DNA of 64,000 nucleotides from Escherichia coli (GTDB lineage Bacteria; Pseudomonadota; Gammaproteobacteria; Enterobacterales; Enterobacteriaceae): NCBI RefSeq assembly GCF_044647545.1, contig NZ_CP172818.1; one strand, 5' to 3'. Shown piece by piece: positions 12,203 to 21,369 of this stretch (position 1 is its first letter; each line of letters starts with the position of its first letter). The notes under the pieces were generated by a model. It saw only the letters and a program-made list of their open reading frames with translations, ran no database searches and was not told where the DNA came from. The position numbers and the translations under genes were made by a program.

Positions 12203-13045
12203 ATGCTCAGTTATCGCCACAGCTTTCACGCTGGCAACCACGCCGACGTCCTTAAACATACCGTTCAGAGCCTGATCATCGAGTCGCTGAAAGAGAAAGA
12301 TAAACCGTTTCTCTATCTCGATACCCACGCAGGGGCCGGGCGTTATCAGTTAGGCAGCGAACATGCCGAGCGTACCGGCGAATATCTCGAAGGTATCGCC
12401 CGTATCTGGCAGCAGGACGATTTGCCTGCGGAGCTGGAGGCGTACATCAATGTGGTAAAACACTTCAACCGTAGCGGTCAGTTGCGTTACTACCCCGGTT
12501 CACCGTTGATTGCTCGTCAGTTACTGCGTGAACAGGACAGCCTGCAACTGACCGAACTGCACCCGAGCGATTACCCGTTGCTGCGTTCTGAATTTCAGAA
12601 AGACAATCGTGCGCGCGTCGAAAAAGCCGATGGTTTCCAGCAGCTTAAGGCCAAACTGCCGCCGGTTTCCCGCCGTGGTTTAATCCTTATCGACCCACCG
12701 TATGAAATGAAAACCGACTATCAGGCGGTGGTCAGCGGGATAGCAGAAGGCTATAAACGTTTCGCCACTGGCACTTACGCACTGTGGTATCCAGTGGTGC
12801 TGCGTCAGCAAATTAAGCGCATGATCCACGACCTGGAAGCGACCGGCATTCGCAAAATTCTGCAAATTGAACTGGCGGTGCTGCCAGACAGCGATCGCCG
12901 TGGCATGACCGCTTCCGGCATGATTGTGATTAACCCACCGTGGAAGCTGGAACAGCAGATGAATAACGTGCTGCCGTGGCTGCACAGCAAACTGGTTCCG
13001 GCAGGCACTGGTCACGCTACCGTCAGCTGGATCGTGCCGGAGTAA
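12203..13045 (+). CDS. rlmJ: 23S rRNA m6A2030 methyltransferase RlmJ
   Basis: Within ORF 12152..13045; start at MLSYRHSFHAGNHADVLKH (ATG 12203) gives 280 aa. Confidence 0.85.
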   Translation: MLSYRHSFHAGNHADVLKHTVQSLIIESLKEKDKPFLYLDTHAGAGRYQLGSEHAERTGEYLEGIARIWQQDDLPAELEAYINVVKHFNRSGQLRYYPGSPLIARQLLREQDSLQLTELHPSDYPLLRSEFQKDNRARVEKADGFQQLKAKLPPVSRRGLILIDPPYEMKTDYQAVVSGIAEGYKRFATGTYALWYPVVLRQQIKRMIHDLEATGIRKILQIELAVLPDSDRRGMTASGMIVINPPWKLEQQMNNVLPWLHSKLVPAGTGHATVSWIVPE

Positions 13046-13116
13046 TTGCAGCCATCGCTGGCACCTATTACGTCTCGCGCTACAATCGCGGTAATCAACG
13101 ATAAGGACACTCTGTC

Positions 13117-14469
13117 ATGACTAAACACTATGATTACATCGCCATCGGCGGCGGCAGCGGCGGTATCGCCTCCATCAACCGCGCGGCTATGTACGGTCAG
13201 AAATGCGCGCTGATTGAAGCCAAAGAACTGGGCGGCACCTGCGTAAATGTTGGCTGTGTGCCGAAAAAAGTGATGTGGCACGCGGCGCAAATCCGTGAAG
13301 CGATCCATATGTACGGCCCGGATTATGGTTTCGATACCACCATCAACAAGTTCAACTGGGAAACGTTGATCGCCAGCCGTACCGCCTATATCGACCGTAT
13401 TCATACCTCCTATGAAAACGTGCTCGGTAAAAATAACGTTGATGTAATCAAAGGCTTTGCCCGCTTCGTTGATGCCAAAACGCTGGAAGTTAACGGTGAA
13501 ACCATCACGGCCGATCATATTCTGATCGCCACCGGCGGTCGTCCGAGCCACCCGGATATTCCGGGCGTGGAATACGGTATTGATTCTGATGGCTTCTTCG
13601 CCCTTCCTGCTTTGCCAGAGCGCGTGGCGGTTGTTGGCGCGGGTTACATCGCCGTGGAACTGGCGGGCGTGATTAACGGCCTCGGCGCGAAAACGCATCT
13701 GTTTGTGCGTAAACATGCGCCGCTGCGCAGCTTTGACCCGATGATCTCTGAAACGCTGGTCGAAGTGATGAACGCTGAAGGCCCGCAGTTGCACACCAAC
13801 GCCATCCCGAAAGCAGTAGTGAAAAATGCTGATGGTAGCCTGACGCTGGAGCTGGAAGATGGCCGCAGTGAAACGGTGGATTGCCTGATTTGGGCGATTG
13901 GTCGCGAGCCTGCCAATGACAACATCAACCTGGAAGCCGCTGGCGTTAAAACTAACGAAAAAGGGTATATCGTCGTCGATAAATATCAAAATACCAACGT
14001 TGAAGGTATCTACGCGGTGGGCGATAACACGGGGGCAGTGGAACTGACACCGGTAGCAGTTGCCGCGGGTCGCCGTCTCTCTGAACGCCTGTTTAATAAC
14101 AAGCCGGATGAGCATCTGGATTACAGCAACATTCCGACCGTGGTCTTCAGCCATCCGCCGATTGGTACTGTTGGTTTAACGGAGCCGCAGGCGCGCGAGC
14201 AGTACGGCGACGATCAGGTGAAAGTGTATAAATCCTCTTTCACCGCGATGTATACCGCCGTCACCACTCACCGCCAGCCGTGCCGCATGAAACTGGTATG
14301 CGTTGGGCCGGAAGAGAAGATTGTCGGTATTCACGGCATTGGTTTTGGTATGGACGAAATGTTGCAGGGCTTCGCGGTGGCGCTGAAGATGGGTGCAACC
14401 AAAAAAGACTTCGACAACACGGTTGCCATTCACCCGACAGCGGCAGAAGAGTTCGTTACCATGCGTTAA
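13117..14469 (+). CDS. gor: glutathione reductase
   Basis: 450-aa ORF; FAD-binding GGGSGG and redox-active [13 protein letters not shown] motifs. Confidence 0.95.
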   Translation: MTKHYDYIAIGGGSGGIASINRAAMYGQKCALIEAKELGGTCVNVGCVPKKVMWHAAQIREAIHMYGPDYGFDTTINKFNWETLIASRTAYIDRIHTSYENVLGKNNVDVIKGFARFVDAKTLEVNGETITADHILIATGGRPSHPDIPGVEYGIDSDGFFALPALPERVAVVGAGYIAVELAGVINGLGAKTHLFVRKHAPLRSFDPMISETLVEVMNAEGPQLHTNAIPKAVVKNADGSLTLELEDGRSETVDCLIWAIGREPANDNINLEAAGVKTNEKGYIVVDKYQNTNVEGIYAVGDNTGAVELTPVAVAAGRRLSERLFNNKPDEHLDYSNIPTVVFSHPPIGTVGLTEPQAREQYGDDQVKVYKSSFTAMYTAVTTHRQPCRMKLVCVGPEEKIVGIHGIGFGMDEMLQGFAVALKMGATKKDFDNTVAIHPTAAEEFVTMR

Positions 14470-14475
14470 ATGTTA

Positions 14476-14506
14476 AAGGGCTAAGAGTAGTGTGCTCTTA
14501 GCCCTT
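14476..14506. terminator. hairpin terminator between convergent gor and dinQ
   Basis: Hairpin aagggctaagag...ctcttagccctt; T-rich flank on the minus strand. Confidence 0.5.
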
Positions 14507-14522
14507 AGCTACGTTTCCGCTA

Positions 14523-14606
14523 TCAGTTCAGAAGCTGAAGCAGAAAGCGGATCAGTTCCAGCAGCGCAATTAACGCCCCAAGAACGATGATTGCTTTATC
14601 AATCAC
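14523..14606 (-). CDS. dinQ: DinQ small membrane toxin peptide (type I toxin-antitoxin), 27 aa
   Basis: Minus-strand reading GTG ATT GAT AAA GCA ATC ATC GTT CTT GGG ... CTG AAC TGA translates to VIDKAIIVLGALIALLELIRFLLQLLN; below the ORF-track size threshold; a LexA box lies upstream. Confidence 0.8.
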   Translation of the reverse strand: MIDKAIIVLGALIALLELIRFLLQLLN

Positions 14607-14797
14607 CCGTGTTCTCCATACGATGGAGTGAGAATGCATCCGCTTACTCATCCATTGCCTGTCACGGCGCATGCCCTATTGTTAGATAATGGCATTCTCA
14701 CTCCGGCCAGAGCATCAGTTAACGGCACCACCCGTACCACTGTTCAGGACTTTGAAAGCGTTTATGCGCATTGCCAGAGTGAAAATGCCTCAGAGCT

Positions 14798-14817
14798 AAC
14801 TGGATAATCATACAGTA
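14798..14817. promoter_or_regulatory. LexA (SOS) box in the dinQ promoter region
   Basis: AACTGGATAATCATACAGTA fits CTG-N10-CAG; located upstream (minus-strand sense) of dinQ. Confidence 0.55.
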
Positions 14818-14879
14818 TATTCAGGTTATAAAACCAGCATGTCCTTGCAATAGTTTCAGTATGGTATTAGCATTGATGC

Positions 14880-14963
14880 GTTAGATGATGGCATTCTCAC
14901 TCCAGCCAGAGCCACCAACTCAGGGCTGGAAAGTAAAAAAACCGACGCAAAGTCGGTTTTTTT
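14880..14963 (+). ncRNA. agrA: AgrA antisense small RNA (dinQ regulator)
   Basis: About 85-nt repeat unit gttagatgatggcattctcactccagccagagccaccaactcagggctgg ending in terminator hairpin ccgacgcaaagtcgg plus T7; homologous to a segment of the dinQ leader but read on the opposite strand. Confidence 0.6.
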
Positions 14964-15109
14964 ACATCCGGATTCGGACAAGGCTTAATATGACGATGAC
15001 CCAGTGAAAGTATATAAATCGTCACTGCGATATATACCGAAGTGCCCCCTCCGCCAGCTGAAGAAATCGCTAATTCTTGCAATGTTAGCCACTGGCTAAT
15101 AGTATTGAA

Positions 15110-15192
15110 CCGTTAGATAAGAGCTCTCTCACTCCAGCCAGAGCCACCAACTCAGGGCTGGAAAGTAAAAAACCGACGCAAAGTCGGTTTTT
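15110..15192 (+). ncRNA. agrB: AgrB antisense small RNA (dinQ regulator)
   Basis: Second copy of the repeat (gttagataagagctctctcactccagccagagccaccaactcagggctgg) with the same terminator hairpin and T-run. Confidence 0.6.
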
Positions 15193-15344
15193 TTACGTCC
15201 TGATTCAGGTCTTTTCCAATAAATACCCAACTCTTAACTCACATCTATTACCTTCCTCTGCACATACGCATTCGTTAAACCATATATGTTTTTGACTTAT
15301 CCGCTTCGAAGAGAGACACTAAGTGCAACAATCAGGAGCGCAAT

Positions 15345-15698
15345 ATGTCATTTCTGTTACCCATCCAACTCTTCAAAATTCTTGCCGATGAAACCCGTTT
15401 GGGCATCGTTTTACTGCTCAGCGAGCTGGGAGAGTTATGCGTCTGCGATCTCTGCACTGCCCTCGATCAGTCGCAGCCCAAGATCTCCCGCCATCTGGCA
15501 TTACTGCGTGAAAGTGGGCTATTGCTGGACCGCAAGCAAGGAAAGTGGGTTCATTACCGTTTATCGCCGCATATTCCAGCATGGGCGGCGAAAATTATTG
15601 AGCAGGCCTGGCGATGCGAACAGGAAAAGGTTCAGGTGATTGTCCGTAACCTCGCCAGACAAAATTGTTCCGCAGACAGTAAGAATATTTGTAGTTAA
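15345..15698 (+). CDS. arsR: arsenical resistance operon repressor (ArsR/SmtB family)
   Basis: 117-aa ORF with metal-binding ELCVCDLC motif and wHTH region. Confidence 0.95.
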   Translation: MSFLLPIQLFKILADETRLGIVLLLSELGELCVCDLCTALDQSQPKISRHLALLRESGLLLDRKQGKWVHYRLSPHIPAWAAKIIEQAWRCEQEKVQVIVRNLARQNCSADSKNICS

Positions 15699-15752
15699 AA
15701 AATTTATCTAAACACATATGAATATTCGAATGTGTTTTATCCAGGAGGCATG

Positions 15753-17042
15753 ATGTTACTGGCAGGCGCTATTTTTGTCCTGACCATCGTATTGGTTATC
15801 TGGCAGCCGAAAGGTTTAGGCATCGGCTGGAGTGCGACACTGGGCGCCGTACTGGCGTTAGTTACTGGCGTGGTCCATCCGGGCGATATTCCGGTGGTGT
15901 GGAATATCGTCTGGAACGCGACGGCGGCGTTTATCGCCGTCATTATCATCAGCTTGCTGCTGGATGAGTCCGGCTTTTTTGAATGGGCTGCGCTGCACGT
16001 CTCACGCTGGGGCAATGGGCGCGGTCGCTTGCTGTTTACCTGGATTGTCCTGCTCGGTGCTACCGTTGCAGCTCTGTTTGCCAATGATGGCGCGGCGCTT
16101 ATTTTGACACCGATTGTCATCGCCATGCTGCTGGCTTTAGGGTTCAACAAAGGCACTACGCTGGCGTTTGTGATGGCGGCCGGATTCATTGCCGATACCG
16201 CCAGCCTGCCGCTTATTGTCTCTAATCTGGTGAATATCGTTTCGGCAGATTTCTTTGACCTCGGCTTTCGCGAATACGCCTCGGTGATGGTGCCGGTGGA
16301 TATCGCTGCAATACTGGCTACCCTGGTGATGTTGCATCTCTATTTCCGCAAAGATATTCCGCAGAACTACGACATGGCGCTGCTGAAATCTCCCGCAGAA
16401 GCGATTAAAGATCCTGCTACGTTCAAAGCTGGCTGGGTTGTTTTACTGCTTCTGCTGGTGGGATTTTTCGTCCTGGAACCGCTCGGCATTCCGGTAAGCG
16501 CCATTGCGGCAGTGGGCGTGCTGATATTATTTGTCGTCGCTAAACGCGGTCATGCGATTAATACGGGTAAGGTGCTACGCGGTGCGCCCTGGCAGATTGT
16601 CATCTTCTCGCTCGGCATGTATCTGGTGGTTTATGGCCTGCGCAATGCCGGACTAACGGAATATCTTTCTGGCGTACTCAACGTGCTGGCGGATAACGGC
16701 CTGTGGGCGGCGACGCTCGGTACCGGATTCCTCACCGCCTTCCTCTCTTCTATTATGAACAATATGCCGACGGTACTGGTTGGCGCGTTGTCCATTGATG
16801 GCAGCACGGCGTCTGGTGTCATCAAAGAGGCGATGGTTTATGCCAACGTGATTGGCTGCGATTTGGGGCCGAAAATTACACCGATTGGTAGCCTGGCAAC
16901 GCTGCTCTGGCTGCACGTACTTTCGCAGAAGAATATGACTATCAGCTGGGGATATTACTTCCGTACAGGGATTATCATGACCCTGCCGGTGCTGTTTGTG
17001 ACGCTCGCCGCGCTGGCGCTTCGTCTCTCTTTCACTTTGTAA
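15753..17042 (+). CDS. arsB: arsenite efflux pump
   Basis: ORF 15732..17042; start at [10 protein letters not shown] (15753) gives 429 aa; polytopic membrane protein. Confidence 0.95.
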   Translation: MLLAGAIFVLTIVLVIWQPKGLGIGWSATLGAVLALVTGVVHPGDIPVVWNIVWNATAAFIAVIIISLLLDESGFFEWAALHVSRWGNGRGRLLFTWIVLLGATVAALFANDGAALILTPIVIAMLLALGFNKGTTLAFVMAAGFIADTASLPLIVSNLVNIVSADFFDLGFREYASVMVPVDIAAILATLVMLHLYFRKDIPQNYDMALLKSPAEAIKDPATFKAGWVVLLLLLVGFFVLEPLGIPVSAIAAVGVLILFVVAKRGHAINTGKVLRGAPWQIVIFSLGMYLVVYGLRNAGLTEYLSGVLNVLADNGLWAATLGTGFLTAFLSSIMNNMPTVLVGALSIDGSTASGVIKEAMVYANVIGCDLGPKITPIGSLATLLWLHVLSQKNMTISWGYYFRTGIIMTLPVLFVTLAALALRLSFTL

Positions 17043-17054
17043 TGAGATACTGAT

Positions 17055-17480
17055 ATGAGCAACATTACTATTTATCACAACCCAGCCTGCGGCACGTCGC
17101 GAAATACGCTGGAGATGATCCGCAACAGCGGCACAGAACCGACCATTGTTTATTATCTGGAAACCCCACCGACGCGTGATGAACTGGTCAAACTCATTGC
17201 CGATATGGGGATTTCCGTACGCGCGCTGCTGCGTAAAAACGTCGAGCCGTATGAGGAACTGGGCCTTGCAGAAGATAAATTTACTGACGATCGGTTAATC
17301 GACTTTATGCTTCAGCACCCGATTCTGATTAATCGCCCGATTGTGGTGACGCCACTGGGAACTCGCCTGTGCCGCCCTTCAGAAGTGGTGCTGGAAATTC
17401 TGCCAGATGCGCAACAACGCGCGTTCACCAAGGAAGATGGCGAGAAAGTGGTTGATGAGGCGGGTAAGCGCCTGAAATAG
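17055..17480 (+). CDS. arsC: arsenate reductase (glutaredoxin-coupled)
   Basis: 141-aa ORF MSNITIYHNPACGTSRNTLEMI... with catalytic Cys in the NPACGTSR motif. Confidence 0.95.
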   Translation: MSNITIYHNPACGTSRNTLEMIRNSGTEPTIVYYLETPPTRDELVKLIADMGISVRALLRKNVEPYEELGLAEDKFTDDRLIDFMLQHPILINRPIVVTPLGTRLCRPSEVVLEILPDAQQRAFTKEDGEKVVDEAGKRLK

Positions 17481-17485
17481 CTAAA

Positions 17486-17508
17486 GGGGGATATGCCCCC
17501 ACGGTTTT
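17486..17508 (+). terminator. rho-independent terminator downstream of arsC
   Basis: Hairpin gggggatatgccccc followed by acggtttt. Confidence 0.5.
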
Positions 17509-17528
17509 ACAAAACTCGCTTTATTTAT

Positions 17529-17634
17529 GTCCGATGCGACGCTGCGCGTATTATCCCGACCTACAAAAGTTATGAAAATTCGATTTCAGAATAGATGTTA
17601 TTTGTAGGCCTGACAGGCAGTAGGGCATCAGGCG
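17529..17634. repeat. REP/BIME-like inverted pair of extragenic palindromes
   Basis: gtccgatgcgacgctgcgcgtattatcccgacctaca and, inverted, tgtaggcctgacaggcagtagggcatcaggcg resemble the REP consensus. Confidence 0.45.
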
Positions 17635-17639
17635 ATCAA

Positions 17640-18430
17640 AATTTTGATGCTATTTACACAGTATGCCGCGTACAAACAAACCAAAAAACAAAACCCCGAG
17701 AAAAAACAAAAAACAAAAAAAAAAAAAAAAATTCCAATTAAGCTTCACAGACAAATTTACTAAAAACGAATAACCAATAGAAGAGAAGCAATGCTTAGTT
17801 AATCAGCCATTCAGAAACCCCCACTTAACCAATACCAAACTTAATATTAACCCATAAAAAACACCACCAAAACTCAACATTTAAAGATGTACTGCCATAT
17901 CTTTTTAGGGCATAATATACTCTTTTATTTATCTTTATTCCCTCAGATGATTCCCTCATCACAAATACCCCTCCCACCCATACGCCGTGTTTATCCCTAT
18001 ATACCCAACATTATCCCTCTCATCTGTTTGATACAAAAGAATTCTACATTAACATTAACCACCCCAACCACGAATGATATTACTTAAATCAATCAAAACC
18101 GATGATATTCATAGTTACTATACTATCTACTATTACTCAAAGCTATTTTAAAAACCACATAAACTATAAATATATCCTTATCCTCTGAAAAACATAAAGA
18201 TACCTTAAAAAAACAAATAATTAACACTTTATAATTTATGACGGACTCATAATCATCAACGACAATCACCACCAATCATTTCCAATTTTACAAACAATCT
18301 CTTCTCATATCATCCTTTAAACACTTTTTTAAACAAAAAAACACACTTTAACCTGGCTCATTATTACACATCTAAAACATCACAAAAATATCACTTCACA
18401 CACTATCGGAGAACATCATAACTTCTTAAA
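17640..18430 (+). other. G-depleted (about 5% G on + strand), A/C/T-rich non-coding tract including A17 homopolymer
   Basis: Hand count over 18001-18420 gives about 20 G in 420 nt; A17 run at 17715-17731 preceded by CAAAA-like repeats; only a low-complexity 66-aa ORF. Confidence 0.7.
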
Positions 18431-18653
18431 ATGAGCGCTTTTTGATAGTTGTTAACGTTTTCCTTTACGATACTATCACTGCCCTTTTTTTATACACAAA
18501 TATTACCTGGTGGAAATGAAAGGGAAGTTAAAGGTAATTATATCAGGAAGATATGACGCATTGTGTTTATTTCCGCGTAGAAGAAAATCCATTCCTGCTC
18601 TAATTCTCCGATTTACAAAAATTTAGCGAAATAGATGAACAATAAGGAATGTT

Positions 18654-19874
18654 ATGTCAATTGACTTTACCCCAGGTATGATAAATACATATCACGGCGA
18701 TATTTATAACCGCACAACAGATACCGACAATGCTAAAACACCAGACACACCGATGTGGCCTTGTGATAATCAGGAAGAACAGCAACCCATTAATTTTTCA
18801 TTGTCTGAAGAAGGATATAACGCTGAACAATTTGATTTAGCGCAACAACAACTCCAACAAATTAATGCGTGCCACACGAACACCACATATACAAATGCAG
18901 ACTACTCAAAAGTTGTGGCTCAACTTGTAAAACTTATTAATAACATTGAAACGATAAGTTCGACACCACTTACGCAACAGACACAATCAATACTTAATCA
19001 GATTAATAACATTAGATACGAAAAGAATAAAAACTCTGAATCTAAAATCATTGTTGTCTTTAATCCTAAGCCCAATAAGCCAATCATAACTAAAATTCTC
19101 GTAGAAGAGGGAATACCAGTAAGATTCAGTGTCCAAACCGTTTCTTCCGAAAATAAAAATTTTTCTGGGCAACGAACTGATTTACCAACTGATATAAAAG
19201 ATATTCAACGCTTGTACCAAAAAATGACAAGGTTGTATATTGAGCACAGTGAAAATGAAAACAGGATGAAAGTCTTTGCTGGAACCAACTTTATTGATTT
19301 CAATATGACAGGACAGGACCTGTCCGGGTTCGTTCTAACCTTGTCAAGGTTTTATTTCGAAGATTTACTTAATGTAAACTTCACTGACGCAAATTTTGAT
19401 ACTATTTTTTCACATAAGGAAAACCCCATCACAAATTTACATAAAGATGAACAATATGTTGACAAACAAATCAATGGTTTATTTTCAACATTATTAACCA
19501 TTAATGACAACTCTTTAAGAGCAAAAGCGGAAATTGTTTCGACAATAATAGAATTATTAGAAACCAGGGTAAACAATCTTTCATACAACGACATAATAAA
19601 ATATCAGCAAGAATTCCAAAAAGAATGTTACAAGCAAGTTAAAGATTTTACAACACCCTCTCGATACAATAGAATTAAAAAATGGGCACAAATGTCTGAA
19701 TATCAATTCGAAATATTTCAACACGATACGTTTCATCTTAAAAAAATGTCATACGCACCTTATTTAAAGAGATCGCTACCTGATGAAAAAACTATAAATT
19801 ATGGGGTGGAAATAGAAACACCAACTGGCAAAAGAATTCGCTTATCAAATCATTACCAGAATATAATCCCATAA
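18654..19874 (+). CDS. yhiS: YhiS family protein, apparently intact
   Basis: Uninterrupted 406-aa ORF between arsC and slp, the position yhiS occupies; no IS sequence recognised inside it. Confidence 0.65.
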   Translation: MSIDFTPGMINTYHGDIYNRTTDTDNAKTPDTPMWPCDNQEEQQPINFSLSEEGYNAEQFDLAQQQLQQINACHTNTTYTNADYSKVVAQLVKLINNIETISSTPLTQQTQSILNQINNIRYEKNKNSESKIIVVFNPKPNKPIITKILVEEGIPVRFSVQTVSSENKNFSGQRTDLPTDIKDIQRLYQKMTRLYIEHSENENRMKVFAGTNFIDFNMTGQDLSGFVLTLSRFYFEDLLNVNFTDANFDTIFSHKENPITNLHKDEQYVDKQINGLFSTLLTINDNSLRAKAEIVSTIIELLETRVNNLSYNDIIKYQQEFQKECYKQVKDFTTPSRYNRIKKWAQMSEYQFEIFQHDTFHLKKMSYAPYLKRSLPDEKTINYGVEIETPTGKRIRLSNHYQNIIP

Positions 19875-20119
19875 TATTGAACATTAGCGCTTTATAATCA
19901 TTGAATAAAAATAGATTTTATGCACCTTTAAAAAAAGGCTATTTTATGGGGCGATGGATACTCATGTCACGCCCCAAAATTAACAGAATTAAACTAAACA
20001 GAAGGGATATAAACATCAGACAGGTTTACGTTACTATCAGGCATATCGCCTCAGAATCAGATGAAAACTATAAAGAAATATCTATTATGGTTTTAATATT
20101 TGTTGATAAGGATAGTAAC

Positions 20120-20686
20120 ATGAACATGACAAAAGGTGCACTCATCCTCAGCCTTTCATTTTTGCTTGCCGCATGTAGTTCAATTCCGCAAAATATCAAA
20201 GGCAATAACCAACCTGATATTCAAAAAAGTTTTGTTGCTGTTCATAACCAGCCGGGGTTATATGTTGGTCAACAAGCGCGCTTTGGTGGGAAGGTTATCA
20301 ACGTTATCAATGGCAAAACGGATACGTTGTTAGAAATCGCTGTATTACCGTTGGATAGCTATGCGAAGCCTGATATTGAAGCCAACTATCAGGGCCGACT
20401 GCTCGCCAGACAAAGCGGCTTCCTTGATCCAGTGAACTATCGTAATCACTTTGTTACCATCCTCGGTACCATTCAGGGTGAACAACCTGGCTTTATCAAT
20501 AAAGTCCCGTATAACTTCCTCGAAGTGAATATGCAGGGCATCCAGGTGTGGCATTTGAGAGAAGTGGTTAATACCACCTATAACCTGTGGGATTACGGCT
20601 ATGGTGCATTCTGGCCGGAACCGGGCTGGGGTGCGCCTTACTACACCAACGCGGTGAGTCAGGTAACACCTGAGCTGGTCAAATAA
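20120..20686 (+). CDS. slp: starvation lipoprotein Slp (outer membrane)
   Basis: Within ORF 19901..20686; start at MNMTKGALILSLSFLLAACSS (lipobox LAAC) gives 188 aa. Confidence 0.9.
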   Translation: MNMTKGALILSLSFLLAACSSIPQNIKGNNQPDIQKSFVAVHNQPGLYVGQQARFGGKVINVINGKTDTLLEIAVLPLDSYAKPDIEANYQGRLLARQSGFLDPVNYRNHFVTILGTIQGEQPGFINKVPYNFLEVNMQGIQVWHLREVVNTTYNLWDYGYGAFWPEPGWGAPYYTNAVSQVTPELVK

Positions 20687-20838
20687 CACCACCGAAAGAT
20701 GCAGATGCTTTCTCAGCATCTGCATCATGCATTACATCAAATTAATACACAGTAAGCTAATTATTATTATAAGCCCTGTCCTGTTAATTACCTTTGGCAA
20801 ACTGATTATAAAGTTAATGTCCGCACCAGGAGTCGGTT

Positions 20839-21369
20839 ATGTTTCTTATAATTACCAGGGATACGATGTTCTTCACTGCGATGAAAAACATTCTGAGTAA
20901 AGGTAATGTCGTTCATATACAGAACGAAGAAGAGATCGACGTAATGTTGCATCAGCATGCCTTCGTCATTATTGATACATTAATGAATAATGTATTTCAT
21001 TCTAATTTGCTCACTCAAATTGAACGATTAAAACCTGTCCATGTGATTATTTTCTCTCCCTTTAATATTAAACGCTGCCTGGGGAAAGTACCGGTGACCT
21101 TTGTTCCGCGAACTATCACCATCATCGACTTTGTCGCACTCATCAATGGCAGTTACTGCTCTGTGCCTGAAGCGGATGTGTCCCTTTCGCGCAAGCAGCA
21201 TCAGGTTCTGAGCTGCATTGCGAATCAAATGACAACGGAAGATATTCTGGAGAAACTGAAAATATCGCTAAAAACGTTCTACTGCCATAAACACAATATC
21301 ATGATGATCCTCAATCTTAAGCGGATCAATGAGTTGGTACGCCATCAGCATATTGATTATCTGGTGTGA
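20839..21369 (+). CDS. dctR: LuxR-family transcriptional regulator DctR (YhiF)
   Basis: 176-aa ORF with C-terminal LuxR-type HTH; synteny slp-dctR. Confidence 0.85.
   Translation: MFLIITRDTMFFTAMKNILSKGNVVHIQNEEEIDVMLHQHAFVIIDTLMNNVFHSNLLTQIERLKPVHVIIFSPFNIKRCLGKVPVTFVPRTITIIDFVALINGSYCSVPEADVSLSRKQHQVLSCIANQMTTEDILEKLKISLKTFYCHKHNIMMILNLKRINELVRHQHIDYLV

Noticed and set aside
13012-14154. 380-aa minus-strand ORF overlapping gor
   Set aside because: Antisense to the unambiguous glutathione reductase gene; no RBS context and a non-protein-like composition.
14640-15200. Possible CRISPR-like array suggested by the repeated ~85-bp units
   Set aside because: Only three copies with irregular spacing (about 199 and 230 bp), repeats far longer than CRISPR repeats, each ending in a terminator, and no cas genes nearby; this is the dinQ/agrAB repeat family.
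15737-16189. 150-aa minus-strand ORF inside arsB
   Set aside because: Antisense to arsB; spurious open frame.
17887-18087. 66-aa ORF in the G-depleted tract
   Set aside because: Product is Pro/Ile/Leu-rich low-complexity, a consequence of the biased base composition rather than coding potential.
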